DNA of 64,000 nt from an uncultured Acidobacteriota bacterium (lineage in GTDB: Bacteria; Acidobacteriota; Thermoanaerobaculia; UBA5066), in assembly GCA_963798215.1 (NCBI GenBank), contig CAWCSP010000004.1, forward strand, positions 702,159-766,158. The letters are read 5' to 3'. The position numbers were made by a program, and so were the translations under genes. The notes under the pieces were generated by a model. That model did not search any database, was not told the DNA's origin, and saw only the letters and a program-made list of their open reading frames with translations. The number at the start of each line of letters is the position of its first letter. Positions within the stretch are counted from its first letter, which is position 1. Shown here one piece after another: positions 38,750-49,011 of the stretch.

Positions 38750-39538
38750 TCAGCGCGTGTAGAGGGGCCGCCGGTCCGCGAGCGCGGGGAACTTCGCGCG
38801 GGCGTCGGCGACCACCGCGGGGTCGACGTCGGCGATCAGGACCGTCTCGGTCTCGGCCGCGCTGACGAGCGTCTCGCCCCACGGCGACGTCACGGACGAG
38901 TCGCCCATGTGCCGGTTGCCCTTGCCGTCCTCGCCCACGCGGTTCACGCCTGCGACATAGCAGAGGTTCTCCACGGCCCGGGCCTTGAGGAGGAGCCGCC
39001 AGTGCGCCCGGCGGCGCTCGGGCCAGTTCGCGACGACCGCGAAGAGGTCCGTCCCCTCGGCCGCGAGGCGGAAAGGCTCGGGAAAGCGCAGGTCGTAGCA
39101 GACGAGCGGCGTGACGCGCACGCCCTCGATCGTCCACGTGGCGACCTTCGCGCCCTTCGCGTAGACGGCGTCCTCGCCCGCGAACGAGAACGGGTGGAGC
39201 TTCGTGAAGCGCGAGACGTCGCCCTCGGGCGTGACCCAGAGCGCGTTGTTGCACGGGAGCGCCGACGGAGCGCCGGAGGCGTCGCACGTCTCGGCGAGAC
39301 CCGCGATCAGGTGGAGAGAGAGGCCGCGCGCCATGCCGCGCAGCCACTGTTCGCTCGGCCCGCCCGGCGGCTGGGCGATCTTCGCGCCGTCCATCGAGAA
39401 GCCCGTCGCGAACATCTCGGGCAGCAGCGCGAGCGAGGCGCCGTCGTCGGCCGCGCGCTTCAGGAGCCTGGCCGCGCCGGCGTGGTTCGCCTTCCAGTCT
39501 TCCCAGACGAGGTTCATCTGGAGGAGTGCGACGCGCAT
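38750..39538 (-). CDS. carbon-nitrogen hydrolase (nitrilase/amidase superfamily) protein
   Basis: 262 aa from ATG 39538; catalytic triad context LPEMF (Glu), ...HKLHPF... (Lys), LVCYDLRFPE (Cys). Confidence 0.8.
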   Translation of the reverse strand: MRVALLQMNLVWEDWKANHAGAARLLKRAADDGASLALLPEMFATGFSMDGAKIAQPPGGPSEQWLRGMARGLSLHLIAGLAETCDASGAPSALPCNNALWVTPEGDVSRFTKLHPFSFAGEDAVYAKGAKVATWTIEGVRVTPLVCYDLRFPEPFRLAAEGTDLFAVVANWPERRRAHWRLLLKARAVENLCYVAGVNRVGEDGKGNRHMGDSSVTSPWGETLVSAAETETVLIADVDPAVVADARAKFPALADRRPLYTR

Positions 39539-39546
39539 CGGGTCGA

Positions 39547-40323
39547 TTATGAACGGAGCGTGAGGAGGAGTCCCAGCTCTCTCAGGAACCTCTCCTGTCC
39601 CACGCGAAAGCGCGCATCGGACGGGGAAAGACCGGTTACGAGCTCCGCCATCTGCGGGAGCGCCGCAGGCACGAGCGTGAGCGAAACGAGAGCGAGCTGG
39701 AGATAGCGCGCGTCGAAGTCCGGCCGCAGGCGACCCAGGCGCTGCAGATCCTCGAGCCCTTCGGCCGCGGTGCGCCAGAGGGCGCGCCGCTCGGCGGCGC
39801 CCGGGAGACGGCCCGACGGAGGCTCCAGAGCTTCCCACAGCATCACCCGCATGCCGCCCGGCCGCTCGAGGAGGAAACGCTGCCAGAAGACGAGGGCCTC
39901 GGCGAGGTCGGTCGGCGAGGTGCTCCCGGTCGCCCGCAGGGCCCGGGCGCTCGCGGCGAAGACCTCTCTCACGAGGCCGTCGCGGCTTCCGAATGCGGCG
40001 TGGATCGTCTTCGGGTGCACTCCCGCGAGGCGCGCGATGCGCGCGAGCCGGGCGCCTGTGGGGCCATGGGCGCGCACCTCGCGCACGGCCGCGGCGAGGA
40101 TGCGTCGCCGCGTGCGCCGGGCGTCTCGCACGCGCGACGGATCGGGATCGGGGTCTGCCGTAGCGCCGCCGGCCCATCGCGTCCGGGCGGCGCGCCGCGC
40201 GATCTCGCTCCGTTCGCGCGCCGACAAGCTTGCGGCCCGCGCCTTGCCGCCGCGCAGGCCGCCGCGACGCCCGAGCAGGGCCGCCGCCGCCGAGACCCGA
40301 CCTTTCCATGAGCGGTCAAGCAT
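39547..40323 (-). CDS. TetR family transcriptional regulator (with about 65-aa N-terminal extension)
   Basis: HTH TRRRILAAAVREVRAHGPTGARLARIARLAGVHPKTIHAAFGSRDGL. Start ATG 40323 with GGAGG 11 nt upstream; a shorter start is possible. Confidence 0.65.
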   Translation of the reverse strand: MLDRSWKGRVSAAAALLGRRGGLRGGKARAASLSARERSEIARRAARTRWAGGATADPDPDPSRVRDARRTRRRILAAAVREVRAHGPTGARLARIARLAGVHPKTIHAAFGSRDGLVREVFAASARALRATGSTSPTDLAEALVFWQRFLLERPGGMRVMLWEALEPPSGRLPGAAERRALWRTAAEGLEDLQRLGRLRPDFDARYLQLALVSLTLVPAALPQMAELVTGLSPSDARFRVGQERFLRELGLLLTLRS

Positions 40324-40441
40324 AAGATCCGGGTCCTCCACGCCCTTTACGTTCAACGGTTTGGAGCGTCCCGCCACGGCGTGGCCGCGGCCGATGTGCC
40401 GGACATTGTGCTCCCGTTCGGGCGGCGCCACGTTTGGGTCC

Positions 40442-41140
40442 ATGACGACCAACCCGGCTCCGCCCCGGCCCCTCCTCGCCTCCCGCCGGCACACGCTGGT
40501 CTTCCTCGCGATCCTCGCGGCCATTGCCGCCTGGGGCGCCGCCTCCCAGACGCGCTTCGGGGGCGCCGCGGCGGCGCTCTCACCGGCGCAGAAATGGGCG
40601 GCGTACGCGTCCGTCGTGGTCGTCCAGCTCCTTCTCCTGCGGTACATCGCGGTGGGCATCCGAAAGGACGGACGGAGTCTTCTGGATCTCGTGGGAAACC
40701 TCTCGACGGCGCCACGAACCGTCGCCGCCGACCTCGCCCTCGCGGCGGGGTTCGTCGCCGCGTCTCTCGCCCTCTCGCCGCTCCTCGGCCGCGTGCTCGG
40801 CATCCACGACGACGTCGCAAGGGTCATCGGCCCGTCTGGCCCGGCGCAGACCGGGGCGTGGATTCTCGTCTGCGTCTCCGCGGGCGTCGGCGAGGAAATT
40901 TCGTTCCGGGGCTACCTGCAGGGACAGTTCGCACGGGGGACGTCGGCGACGTCCACGGCCGTCCTCCTGCAAGCCGCGGTGTTCGCGGCCGCCCACGCGT
41001 ACCAAGGCTGGATGCCCGCTCTCTTTGCGGGCCTCTACGGGCTCGGGTTCGGCGCGCTCGCCGCGGCGCGCAAGAGCCTGCGCCCCGGGATTCTCGCGCA
41101 CACGCTCGTGGACATCGTCGGAGGCCTTCTCGCGGGCTGA
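40442..41140 (+). CDS. CPBP-family intramembrane metalloprotease (CAAX protease-like)
   Basis: 232 aa with motifs EEISFRGYLQ (EExxxR) and FAAAHAYQG (FxxxH); divergent from the TetR gene. Confidence 0.75.
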   Translation: MTTNPAPPRPLLASRRHTLVFLAILAAIAAWGAASQTRFGGAAAALSPAQKWAAYASVVVVQLLLLRYIAVGIRKDGRSLLDLVGNLSTAPRTVAADLALAAGFVAASLALSPLLGRVLGIHDDVARVIGPSGPAQTGAWILVCVSAGVGEEISFRGYLQGQFARGTSATSTAVLLQAAVFAAAHAYQGWMPALFAGLYGLGFGALAAARKSLRPGILAHTLVDIVGGLLAG

Positions 41141-41150
41141 GCCGGAAGGG

Positions 41151-44027
41151 TCAGGGGCGCGTCGCGCGCTCGACGAGGTGGACGAAGGACCGGTACCGCT
41201 CGCCCGTCGCGCGCGACAGGCCCGCTTCGCACGTGCGGCTGGACGACCAGTGTCCCGCGCCGCCGCCCGCACCCGCCTCGCGCACCTGCGCAGCCTCGAG
41301 TCGCGTGGCCGAGGCCGTCAGCTCCGGGAAGAGGAAGCCGCGGTCGCCCGCGAAGCCGCAGCAGCCGGCGTCCGGCGGGACCGTCGCGCTCTCGGCGCAC
41401 GCGCGGGCCACGGCTTCGAGCTTCGGGACGAGGCCCATCTTCACGAGCGAGCAGACCGGGTGCAGGACGGCCGCCGGCTGCTTCTTCGTCACGGCGAGCT
41501 TCGGGAGCAGCACGTCGTGGACGAACGCAACGCCGTCGAGGATCGTGAGCGCGTCGAAGCGCGCCTTGTTCTCGTCCGTGAGCGCCTCGCGCGCGTGGAG
41601 GAGCCCGTACGTGCACGGGCTCGTGTCGACGAAGACGGGCAGCTTTCCGCCGTCCGACCAGCGCCAGAAGTTCACGATCGCGCGGTTCGCGGCGATCGCG
41701 TGCGCCTCGGTGTAGCCCTTGGACGAGAACGGGACGCCGCAGCACGTCCCCGCGGCGTCGGGAGGCACGTGGACTCTCACGCCGGCGCGCGCCGCGAGCG
41801 CGACCATCGTGTCGACGAGCGGCGGCGCGTCGCCGTCGCCGGCCTCGGGCCCCATCGTTCGCGAGAGGCATGACGGGAAGTAGATCGCCTGTGCGCCCTC
41901 CCGGGACGTCTTCGTCCGCGGGGTGGCCGCGGCGCGCGGCATCTCCGCGCTCCACTGCGGGAACGGCCCGCCCGAGATCGCCTTCAGCGCCTTCGTCAGG
42001 CCCGTCATCGCGCGCGCCCCGAAGAGCGACTGAACGGCGTGACCCGCGCGTAAACCCGTGCGGAGCGCCGGCTCGACGAGGGCAAACGAGCGTGCGACGA
42101 GCGCGGCGGTCCGGCGCGAGGCGGCCGAGTGGCGGACGGCGCGGAAACGCTTCGTGAGCATCCCCGTGTCGATCTTGACCGGGCAGGCGGTCGCGCAGAG
42201 GCCGTCCACGGCGCACGTGTCGAGCGCCTCGTACGGGAAGTCGGCCTCGAGGCTGGCCCTGAGCACGGCGTCGGCCCGCGTCTCGTCCAGGCGGGCGATC
42301 TCGCGGCGCACGACGATGCGCTGGCGCGGCGTGAGCGTCAGGTCGCGGCTCGGGCACTGCGGCTCGCAGAAGCCGCACTCGATGCAGCGATCGACCTCGT
42401 CCTCGACCGACGGGATCGGCTTGAGGTCCTTCAGGTGCGCGCGCGGGTCGGCGTTCACGAGGACGCCGGGATTCAGGAGGCCGGCGGGGTCGGCCAGCTC
42501 CTTGAGGCGTTTCATGACGGCCCAGGCCTCATGGCCCCACTCCGTTTCCACGAACGGCGCCATGTTCCGGCCCGTGCCGTGCTCGGCCTTCAGCGCCCCG
42601 TCGTAGCGCTCGACGACGAGCTTGACCACGTCGTCGATGAAGCGTGCGTACTGGTCGACGGCGCGGCGGTCGCGGAACGACTGCGAGAGGACGAAGTGGA
42701 GGTTCCCGTCGCGCGCATGGCCGAAGATGATCGCGTCGGCGTAGCCGTGCACGCCGAAGAGCGCGTTGAGGTCGACCGCGGCGTCCGCGAGGCGGTCGAT
42801 CGGGAACGCGACGTCCTCGATGATGACGGTCGTCCCGCTCTTCCTCACGGCGCCGACGGACGGGAACATGCCCTGCCGGACGCGCCAGAGGCTTGCCTGC
42901 TCGGCCGGGTCGTGCGTGAAGCGCGCAGGCTCGACGAGCGTGAGCGCCCCGCTCGCCGTCGCGGCGACGCGCCCGAGCTCCACGCGCTCGTCCTCGCCCG
43001 CGGCCTGGAACTCCGCGAGGAGGCCCGCGGCGCCCGGGGGCAGCGACTTCAGCGCCTCGGGCACGCCCGGCTCGTTCTCGACCGAGCGCAGCGCCGCGCG
43101 GTCCATGACTTCGAGCGCCTTGGCGCCGGCGTCGTTCAGCGGAACGATCGCGGCGCAGGCCGCGTGGAGGTTCGGGAAGAGGAGGAGCCCCGTGACCTTC
43201 ACGGGGAGGTCGGGCACGGTCTTCAGGACGGCCTCCGCGACGAACGCGAGCGTCCCCTCCGACCCGACGAGGAGCTGCCGGAAGAGGTCCACGGGCCGGT
43301 CGTAGTCGAGGAACGCGTTCAGCGAGTAGCCGGTCGTGTTCTTCGTCCGGTACTTCGCCCGGACGCGCGCGGCGAGCGGCGCGTCGGCGCGCACGCGGTC
43401 GCGCAGGTCGAGGAGGCCCTGCCAGAGCGCGGGCTCCTTCGCGCGGAAGAGGTCGTCCGCGTCGGGGCGCGCCGTGTCGATCTCGGTGCCGGAAGGGAGG
43501 AGGAACGTGAGCGATTCGAGCGTGTGGTACGCGTTCTGCGCGACGCCGCAGCACATCCCGCTCGCGTTGTTCGCGACGATTCCGCCCACCGTGCACGTCG
43601 CGATCGACGCGGGGTCCGGCCCGATCTTCCGGCCGTACGGCCGCAGGGCGCGGTTCGCGTGGGCGCCGATCACGCCCGGCTGAACGCGGATCCGCGCGCC
43701 GTTCTCCTCGACGGAAAGGCCGCGAAAGAGGCGCGCCGTCTCGACGAGGACGCCGTCCGTGATGGACTGGCCCGAGAGGCTCGTTCCGGCGGAGCGGAAA
43801 ACGAGCGGGACGCCGTGGGCGCGGGAGACCTCGAAGAGGCGCCGCACCTCGTCCGCGCTCTTCGCGTGGACGACGGCGGCCGGGACGAGGCGGTAGAAGC
43901 TCGCGTCCGACGCCCACGCGACGCGGTCGATCGCGCGCGTGAGGAGGCGGTCTTCGCCGACGACGGCCTCGAGAGCGCCGGCGAGGGATGTCGCGGGACG
44001 TTGGGCGCGGGTGGCGGCCGTCGACAT
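41151..44027 (-). CDS. dld: FAD-binding and Fe-S-binding D-lactate dehydrogenase (Dld-II type; GlcD + 4Fe-4S + CCG fusion)
   Basis: 958 aa; FAD-binding PCMH domain, then two ferredoxin motifs CIECGFCEPQCP / CAVDGLCATACP, then Cys-rich CCG repeats. Divergent from lutABC. Confidence 0.85.
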   Translation of the reverse strand: MSTAATRAQRPATSLAGALEAVVGEDRLLTRAIDRVAWASDASFYRLVPAAVVHAKSADEVRRLFEVSRAHGVPLVFRSAGTSLSGQSITDGVLVETARLFRGLSVEENGARIRVQPGVIGAHANRALRPYGRKIGPDPASIATCTVGGIVANNASGMCCGVAQNAYHTLESLTFLLPSGTEIDTARPDADDLFRAKEPALWQGLLDLRDRVRADAPLAARVRAKYRTKNTTGYSLNAFLDYDRPVDLFRQLLVGSEGTLAFVAEAVLKTVPDLPVKVTGLLLFPNLHAACAAIVPLNDAGAKALEVMDRAALRSVENEPGVPEALKSLPPGAAGLLAEFQAAGEDERVELGRVAATASGALTLVEPARFTHDPAEQASLWRVRQGMFPSVGAVRKSGTTVIIEDVAFPIDRLADAAVDLNALFGVHGYADAIIFGHARDGNLHFVLSQSFRDRRAVDQYARFIDDVVKLVVERYDGALKAEHGTGRNMAPFVETEWGHEAWAVMKRLKELADPAGLLNPGVLVNADPRAHLKDLKPIPSVEDEVDRCIECGFCEPQCPSRDLTLTPRQRIVVRREIARLDETRADAVLRASLEADFPYEALDTCAVDGLCATACPVKIDTGMLTKRFRAVRHSAASRRTAALVARSFALVEPALRTGLRAGHAVQSLFGARAMTGLTKALKAISGGPFPQWSAEMPRAAATPRTKTSREGAQAIYFPSCLSRTMGPEAGDGDAPPLVDTMVALAARAGVRVHVPPDAAGTCCGVPFSSKGYTEAHAIAANRAIVNFWRWSDGGKLPVFVDTSPCTYGLLHAREALTDENKARFDALTILDGVAFVHDVLLPKLAVTKKQPAAVLHPVCSLVKMGLVPKLEAVARACAESATVPPDAGCCGFAGDRGFLFPELTASATRLEAAQVREAGAGGGAGHWSSSRTCEAGLSRATGERYRSFVHLVERATRP

Positions 44028-44153
44028 GGCCGCCCGAGACTACTGGAAAACGGGCAGGCCCCCCCCGCGCGCCGGGTGGTCTTCCTGAATCATTCTCGGA
44101 ACTTCCGCCCGAGGAGTAGATTCCACGGCGTCGCGCCAGGGAGGCGCCTCGCG

Positions 44154-44897
44154 ATGGCGGATCGGCCCAGGGCGGTTTACTTCTTCGGCACCTGCGTCGT
44201 GGATCTCTTCTTCCCCGAGGCGGGCCTCGCGGGGATCGAGCTGCTGCGCCGCGAGGGCCTCGAGGTCGTCTTCCCGCCCGGCCAGACGTGCTGCGCCCAG
44301 CCCGCGTTCAACTGCGGCCATCACGAGGAGGCGCGGGCCGTCGCGCGCGCGCAGATCGCGCTCTTCCCGCGGGACCTGCCCGTCGTGGTGCCGTCGGGCT
44401 CGTGCGCCGGGATGATGAAGCACCACTACCCGGACCTCTTCGCGGGCGAGCCCGACGAGGAGGCCGCCCGCTCGTTCGCGGGGCGCGTCGTCGAGCTGAC
44501 GCAGTTCCTCGTGAACGTCCTCGGCGTGCGCCTGACGGACCGTGGGACGCCCGTGAAGGTCACGTGGCACTCGTCCTGCCACGGCCTCCGTGAAATGGGC
44601 CTCGACGCCGAGCCGAAGGCGCTCCTGTCGCAGCTCGCGAACGTCTCCGTCTCCCCGCTCGAGCGCGAGCGCGAGTGCTGCGGCTTCGGCGGGACGTTCT
44701 CCGTCCGCTACCCCGACATCTCGTCCGCGATGGTCGACGACAAGACGGCCGACGTCGAGAGGACCGGGGCGTCCGTCGTCCTCTCGGCGGACGCGGCGTG
44801 CCTGCTGAACATCGGCGGGGCTCTCGAGAAGAAGGGCGCCTCCGCGCGGCCGATGCACCTCGCCGAGTTCCTCTGGGAGCGGACCCGTGAGCGCTGA
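44154..44897 (+). CDS. lutA: lactate utilization protein A, (Fe-S)-binding CCG-domain protein
   Basis: 247-aa C-terminal part of ORF 42129..44897 from ATG 44154; two CCG motifs (...TCCAQPAFNCG..., ...ECCGFGGTF...). Confidence 0.8.
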   Translation: MADRPRAVYFFGTCVVDLFFPEAGLAGIELLRREGLEVVFPPGQTCCAQPAFNCGHHEEARAVARAQIALFPRDLPVVVPSGSCAGMMKHHYPDLFAGEPDEEAARSFAGRVVELTQFLVNVLGVRLTDRGTPVKVTWHSSCHGLREMGLDAEPKALLSQLANVSVSPLERERECCGFGGTFSVRYPDISSAMVDDKTADVERTGASVVLSADAACLLNIGGALEKKGASARPMHLAEFLWERTRER

Positions 44898-46323
44898 GAC
44901 TCGTCCCGCCGACTTTCACGCCTCGTCCTCGCGTGCGCTCCGCGACCCGAAGCTGCGGGCGAACTTCCGCCGCGCGATGGACGGCCTCATGGCCAAGCGC
45001 GCCGCGCTGTTCGCGGACCCGGCCGAGTGGGAGGCGCTGCGCGCGCTCGCGGCCTCGATCCGGGCGCGGACGCTCGCGAAGCTGCCGGACCTCCTCGAGA
45101 AGCTGGAAGCGAAGTGCGCGGCGAACGGGATCCAGGTCCACTGGGCCGAGACGGCGGACGACGCGAACGCGATCGTCCTCGGGATCCTCCGCGCGCGCGG
45201 CGCGACGCGCCTCGTCAAGGGCAAGTCGATGGTCTCCGAGGAGATGCATCTCAACGACTTCCTCGAGAAGAACGGCGTCGAGAGCCTCGAGAGCGACCTC
45301 GGCGAGTACATCATCCAGCTCGACGGCGAAACGCCCTCGCACATCATCATGCCGGCGATCCACAAGAGCCGACAGCAGATCGCGCGCCAGTTCGCGGAGA
45401 AGATCAAGGGCGCCGTCTACACCGAGGACGTCGACGCGCTCACGGCCACGGCGCGCCGCGTCCTGAGAAAGAAGTTCTTCGAGGCGGACGCGGGCATCTC
45501 GGGCGTCAACTTCGCGGTCGCCGAGACGGGCTCGCTCTTCCTCGTCGAGAACGAGGGCAACGGGAGGATGTCGACGCACGTCCCGCCCGTTCACATCGCG
45601 CTCATGGGCCTCGAGAAGGTCGTCGAGAAGCTGGACGACGTCGCACCGCTCTACACGGTCCTCACCCGCTCGGCGACGGGCCAGTCCGTGTCGACGTACC
45701 TGAACGCGATCTCCGGGCCGCGGGGCGCCGGCGAGAAGGACGGACCGCACGAGGTCCACCTCGTGATCCTCGACGCCGGCCGCTCGAGAATCTTCGCGGA
45801 CGCGGCCATGGCCCCGACGCTCCGCTGCATCCGCTGCGGCGCCTGCATGAACCACTGTCCCGTCTACACGCGCGTGGGCGGCCACGCGTACGAGGCCGTC
45901 TACCCGGGCCCGATCGGCTCGATCCTGACGCCGCAGATGGAGGGCCTCGCCGCGCGGCACGACCTCCCGCACGCCTCGAGCCTCTGCCATGCGTGCGTCG
46001 AGGTCTGCCCCGTGCAGATCCCGATCACGCAGATCCTCGTGACGCTCCGCAAGGAGTCCGCCCGTTCCTCGCCGGACTTCAAGGTGAAGGACGCGGGAGG
46101 CGGCCGCGACCGCCTCGAGGACCTCGCGTGGGCCGGCTGGCGGATGGCGCACGCCTCGCCGCTCCTCTACCGGGCGATGGGCGCCGCGCTGCGCGTCTTC
46201 GGGCCGCTCGTCAAAGGCGGCCCGGGCCCGCTGAAGGCCTGGACGCAGTCGCGGACGCTGCCGCGCCGGGCGTCGCACACGCTGCACGAACTCGCGCGAG
46301 AGAAGGGGCTGCCCGATGCCTGA
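44887..46323 (+). CDS. lutB: lactate utilization protein B (LUD domain + 4Fe-4S)
   Basis: 478 aa; CIRCGACMNHCPV and CHACVEVCPV motifs; GTG start overlapping lutA. Confidence 0.85.
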   Translation: MSAETRPADFHASSSRALRDPKLRANFRRAMDGLMAKRAALFADPAEWEALRALAASIRARTLAKLPDLLEKLEAKCAANGIQVHWAETADDANAIVLGILRARGATRLVKGKSMVSEEMHLNDFLEKNGVESLESDLGEYIIQLDGETPSHIIMPAIHKSRQQIARQFAEKIKGAVYTEDVDALTATARRVLRKKFFEADAGISGVNFAVAETGSLFLVENEGNGRMSTHVPPVHIALMGLEKVVEKLDDVAPLYTVLTRSATGQSVSTYLNAISGPRGAGEKDGPHEVHLVILDAGRSRIFADAAMAPTLRCIRCGACMNHCPVYTRVGGHAYEAVYPGPIGSILTPQMEGLAARHDLPHASSLCHACVEVCPVQIPITQILVTLRKESARSSPDFKVKDAGGGRDRLEDLAWAGWRMAHASPLLYRAMGAALRVFGPLVKGGPGPLKAWTQSRTLPRRASHTLHELAREKGLPDA

Positions 46324-46969
46324 CGCGCGCGCGAACATCCTCGGCCGCCTGCGCGCGGTCGCGCCCTCCGCGCCGCCGGCGTCGGACTTCTCCGTCGTCG
46401 AGAGGAAGACGTGGACGCCGGCCGCGCGCCTCGAGCGCTTGCGCGCCGCGATGGCCGCCGTCCACACGGAGTTCCTCGACGCGACCGCGGACGGATGGCC
46501 GGAAACGGTCCGCGCGTTCCTCGTCGCGCAAGGCGCGAAGAACGTTGCGCTCGGGCCCGCAACCCCGGCCGGCCGCCTCCTCGCCGAAGCCTGCACGCGC
46601 GCGGGCGCGCCGGCCGTCGTCCCGTACGACCGGCCCGTCGAGGAGTGGAAGTCCGAGCTGTTCGACGGGATCGATGCCGGCTTCACGTCCGTGAGGAGCG
46701 CGATCGCCGACACGGGCTCGCTCGTCCTCTGGCCGTCGCCGGAGGAGCCGCGACTCCTGTCGCTCGTGCCGCCGCTCCACGTCGCGCTCCTCTCGGCAAG
46801 GGCGATCCGCGACACGCTCCTCGGGGTCATGCGCGAGGAGGGCTGGGCGAAAAGCCTCCCGCCGAACGCCCTACTCGTGTCGGGGCCGAGCAAGACCGCC
46901 GACATCGAGCAGACGCTCGCCTACGGCGTCCACGGCCCGAAGCGCCTCGTCGTCGTCGTCGTGCCCTGA
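46316..46969 (+). CDS. lutC: lactate utilization protein C (LUD domain)
   Basis: 217 aa; ATG overlaps the lutB stop; LUD/YkgG-like. Confidence 0.75.
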   Translation: MPDARANILGRLRAVAPSAPPASDFSVVERKTWTPAARLERLRAAMAAVHTEFLDATADGWPETVRAFLVAQGAKNVALGPATPAGRLLAEACTRAGAPAVVPYDRPVEEWKSELFDGIDAGFTSVRSAIADTGSLVLWPSPEEPRLLSLVPPLHVALLSARAIRDTLLGVMREEGWAKSLPPNALLVSGPSKTADIEQTLAYGVHGPKRLVVVVVP

Positions 46970-46983
46970 TACGCTCGTCCGCG

Positions 46984-48399
46984 ATGGGCCGCTCTCTCCT
47001 CTCGAAGGTCTGGGACCTCCACGCCGTCCGCAAGCTCCCGACGGGGCAGACGCAGCTCTTCGTCGGCCTGCACCTCGTTCACGAGGTCACGAGCCCGCAG
47101 GCTTTCGCGATGCTGAGGGAGAAGGGCTGGAAGGTCGCGTTCCCGTCGCGCACCGTCGCGACCGTCGACCACATCATCCCGACGACCAGCGTCGCGCGCC
47201 CCTTCGCGGACGCTCAGGCCGAGGAGATGCTCGCCTCCCTCCAGCGCAACACGAAGGACTTCGGCGTCCCGCTCCACGACCTCGGCGCGCCGGAGCAGGG
47301 CATCGTGCACGTCATCGGCCCGGAGCTGGGCCTCACGCAGCCCGGGATGACGATCGCGTGCGGCGACAGCCACACGTCCACGCACGGCGCGTTCGGGGCG
47401 CTCGCGTTCGGGATCGGGACGTCGCAGGTGCGCGACGTCCTCGCCTCGCAGTGCCTCGCGATGGACCCCATGAAGCTCCGCCGGATCGACGTGACGGGCC
47501 GCCTCGCCCCCGGCGTCTACGCCAAGGACGTCATCCTCGCGATCATCCGGACGCTCGGCGTCAAGGCGGGCGCCGGCTACGCGTACGAGTACGGCGGCGA
47601 GGCCGTCTCCGCGATGTCGATGGACGAGCGCATGACGCTCTGCAACATGTCGATCGAGGGCGGCGCGCGCGCCGGCTACGTGAACCCCGACGCGACGACG
47701 TTCGCGTACCTGAAGGGCCGCCCCGCCGCGCCGAAGGGCGAGGCGTGGGAGCGGGCCGTCGCGCTGGTGGCGCGTCGATGGCGTCGGACGCGGACGCTGC
47801 CTACGACAGCCGGGCGACGCTGGACGGCGCCGCGCTCGAGCCGCACGTCACGTGGGGGATCAACCCCTGCGCAGAGCGCGAGCGTCTCCGGGCGCGTCCC
47901 GAAGGCGGCCGACGCGGCCGCCGGTGACCGCACGCAGGTCGCCGAAGCGCTCGAGTACATGGGCTTCGCCGGCGGCGAGGCGATCGCGGGGACCAAGATC
48001 GACGTCGCCTTCATCGGCTCGTGCACGAACGGGCGCCTGTCGGACCTGCGCGAAGCCGCGCGCGTCGTGAAGGGCCGGAAGGTCGCGAAGGGCGTCAAGG
48101 CGCTCGCGGTCCCGGGCTCGAACGCGGTCAGGCTGGCTGCTGAAAAAGAGGGAATCGACGTCGTCTTTCGGGAGGCGGGCTTCGAGTGGCGCGGCGCCGG
48201 CTGCTCGATGTGCCTCGCGATGAACCCGGACCGGCTGGAGGGGCGGCAGGTCTGCGCGTCCTCGTCCAACCGCAACTTCAAGGGCCGGCAAGGGAGCCCG
48301 ACCGGCCGGACGCTCCTCATGAGCCCCGCGATGGTCGCGGCGGCCGCCGTCGCGGGCGCGGTGACGGACGTGCGTGCTCTCCTCGGGGGAGCGCGATGA
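46984..48399 (+). CDS. leuC: 3-isopropylmalate dehydratase large subunit; two compensating frameshifts in this sequence
   Basis: From ATG 46984 (the ORF-track N-terminal extension was rejected). The conserved segment ...[31 protein letters not shown] is encoded in a different frame between about 47766 and 47858. Frame returns at a CCCC run 47864-47867. Confidence 0.8.
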   Translation: MGRSLLSKVWDLHAVRKLPTGQTQLFVGLHLVHEVTSPQAFAMLREKGWKVAFPSRTVATVDHIIPTTSVARPFADAQAEEMLASLQRNTKDFGVPLHDLGAPEQGIVHVIGPELGLTQPGMTIACGDSHTSTHGAFGALAFGIGTSQVRDVLASQCLAMDPMKLRRIDVTGRLAPGVYAKDVILAIIRTLGVKAGAGYAYEYGGEAVSAMSMDERMTLCNMSIEGGARAGYVNPDATTFAYLKGRPAAPKGEAWERAVALVARRWRRTRTLPTTAGRRWTAPRSSRTSRGGSTPAQSASVSGRVPKAADAAAGDRTQVAEALEYMGFAGGEAIAGTKIDVAFIGSCTNGRLSDLREAARVVKGRKVAKGVKALAVPGSNAVRLAAEKEGIDVVFREAGFEWRGAGCSMCLAMNPDRLEGRQVCASSSNRNFKGRQGSPTGRTLLMSPAMVAAAAVAGAVTDVRALLGGAR

Positions 48400-49002
48400 G
48401 CCTGCCCGCGATCCGCCGTCTGGCCGGAACGGCGCGCCCGCTCGTCGGCGACGACATCGACACGGACCGGATCATCCCGGCGCGTTTCCTCGTCTCCGTC
48501 ACGTTCGACGGCCTCGGCGCGCACGCGTTCGAGGACGACCGGAAAGCCGCGAAAGCCCGCGGCGGGATGCACCCGTTCGACGACCCGCGTTACGCCGGCG
48601 CGAGCGTCCTCCTCGTGAACCGCAATTTCGGCTGCGGGTCCTCGCGCGAACACGCGCCCCAGGCGCTCGCCCGCGGCGGTCTCAAGGCCGTGCTCGGCGA
48701 GTCGTTCTCGGAGATCTTCTTCGGGAACTCCGTCGCGATCGGCCTGCCGTGCGTCACGCTTCCCGCACGAGGCGGTCGCGATGCTTCAGGCGCTCGTCGC
48801 GACGGACGCGTCGGTGCTGTTCGCCCTCGATCTCGAGTCGCTGACGCTCGCGGCCGGGGGAGCGGCGTTTCCGGTGTCGATGCCGGAGAACGCGCGCCAG
48901 GCATTCCTGACGGGGCGCTGGGACGGCACGTCGATGCTCCTCGACCGCTTCGAGGCGGTCGAGGAGCTCGCGAAGCGCCTGCCTTACGTCACCGGGTTCT
49001 AG
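48396..49002 (+). CDS. leuD: 3-isopropylmalate dehydratase small subunit; one frameshift in this sequence
   Basis: ATG overlaps the leuC stop (ATGA). The N-terminal 123 aa are in the frame of ORF 48186..49133. The C-terminal 73 aa (...[24 protein letters not shown]...VTGF) are in ORF 48781..49002. The shift is at CCCG 48762-48765. Confidence 0.75.
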
Positions 49003-49011
49003 TTCAGGAGC

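Noticed and set aside
38223-39347. 374-aa ORF upstream-extended CBS protein
   Set aside because: The extension overlaps the nitrilase gene on the same strand. The CBS domains start at ATG 38660.
42129-44897. 922-aa plus-strand ORF ending in LutA
   Set aside because: Only the last 247 aa from ATG 44154 are LutA-like. The upstream part is antisense to the well-supported 958-aa dld gene.
46411-46983. N-terminal extension of leuC in the ORF track
   Set aside because: The extension overlaps lutC in another frame. LeuC homology begins at [13 protein letters not shown] (ATG 46984).
47760-47870. Programmed ribosomal frameshifting or recoding in leuC and ilvC
   Set aside because: No slippery heptamer or stimulatory structure is evident. 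Three of the four shifts occur at C-runs (the fourth looks like a missing base), and removing one C from each run restores a canonical protein. Sequencing or assembly error, or pseudogenisation, is more parsimonious.
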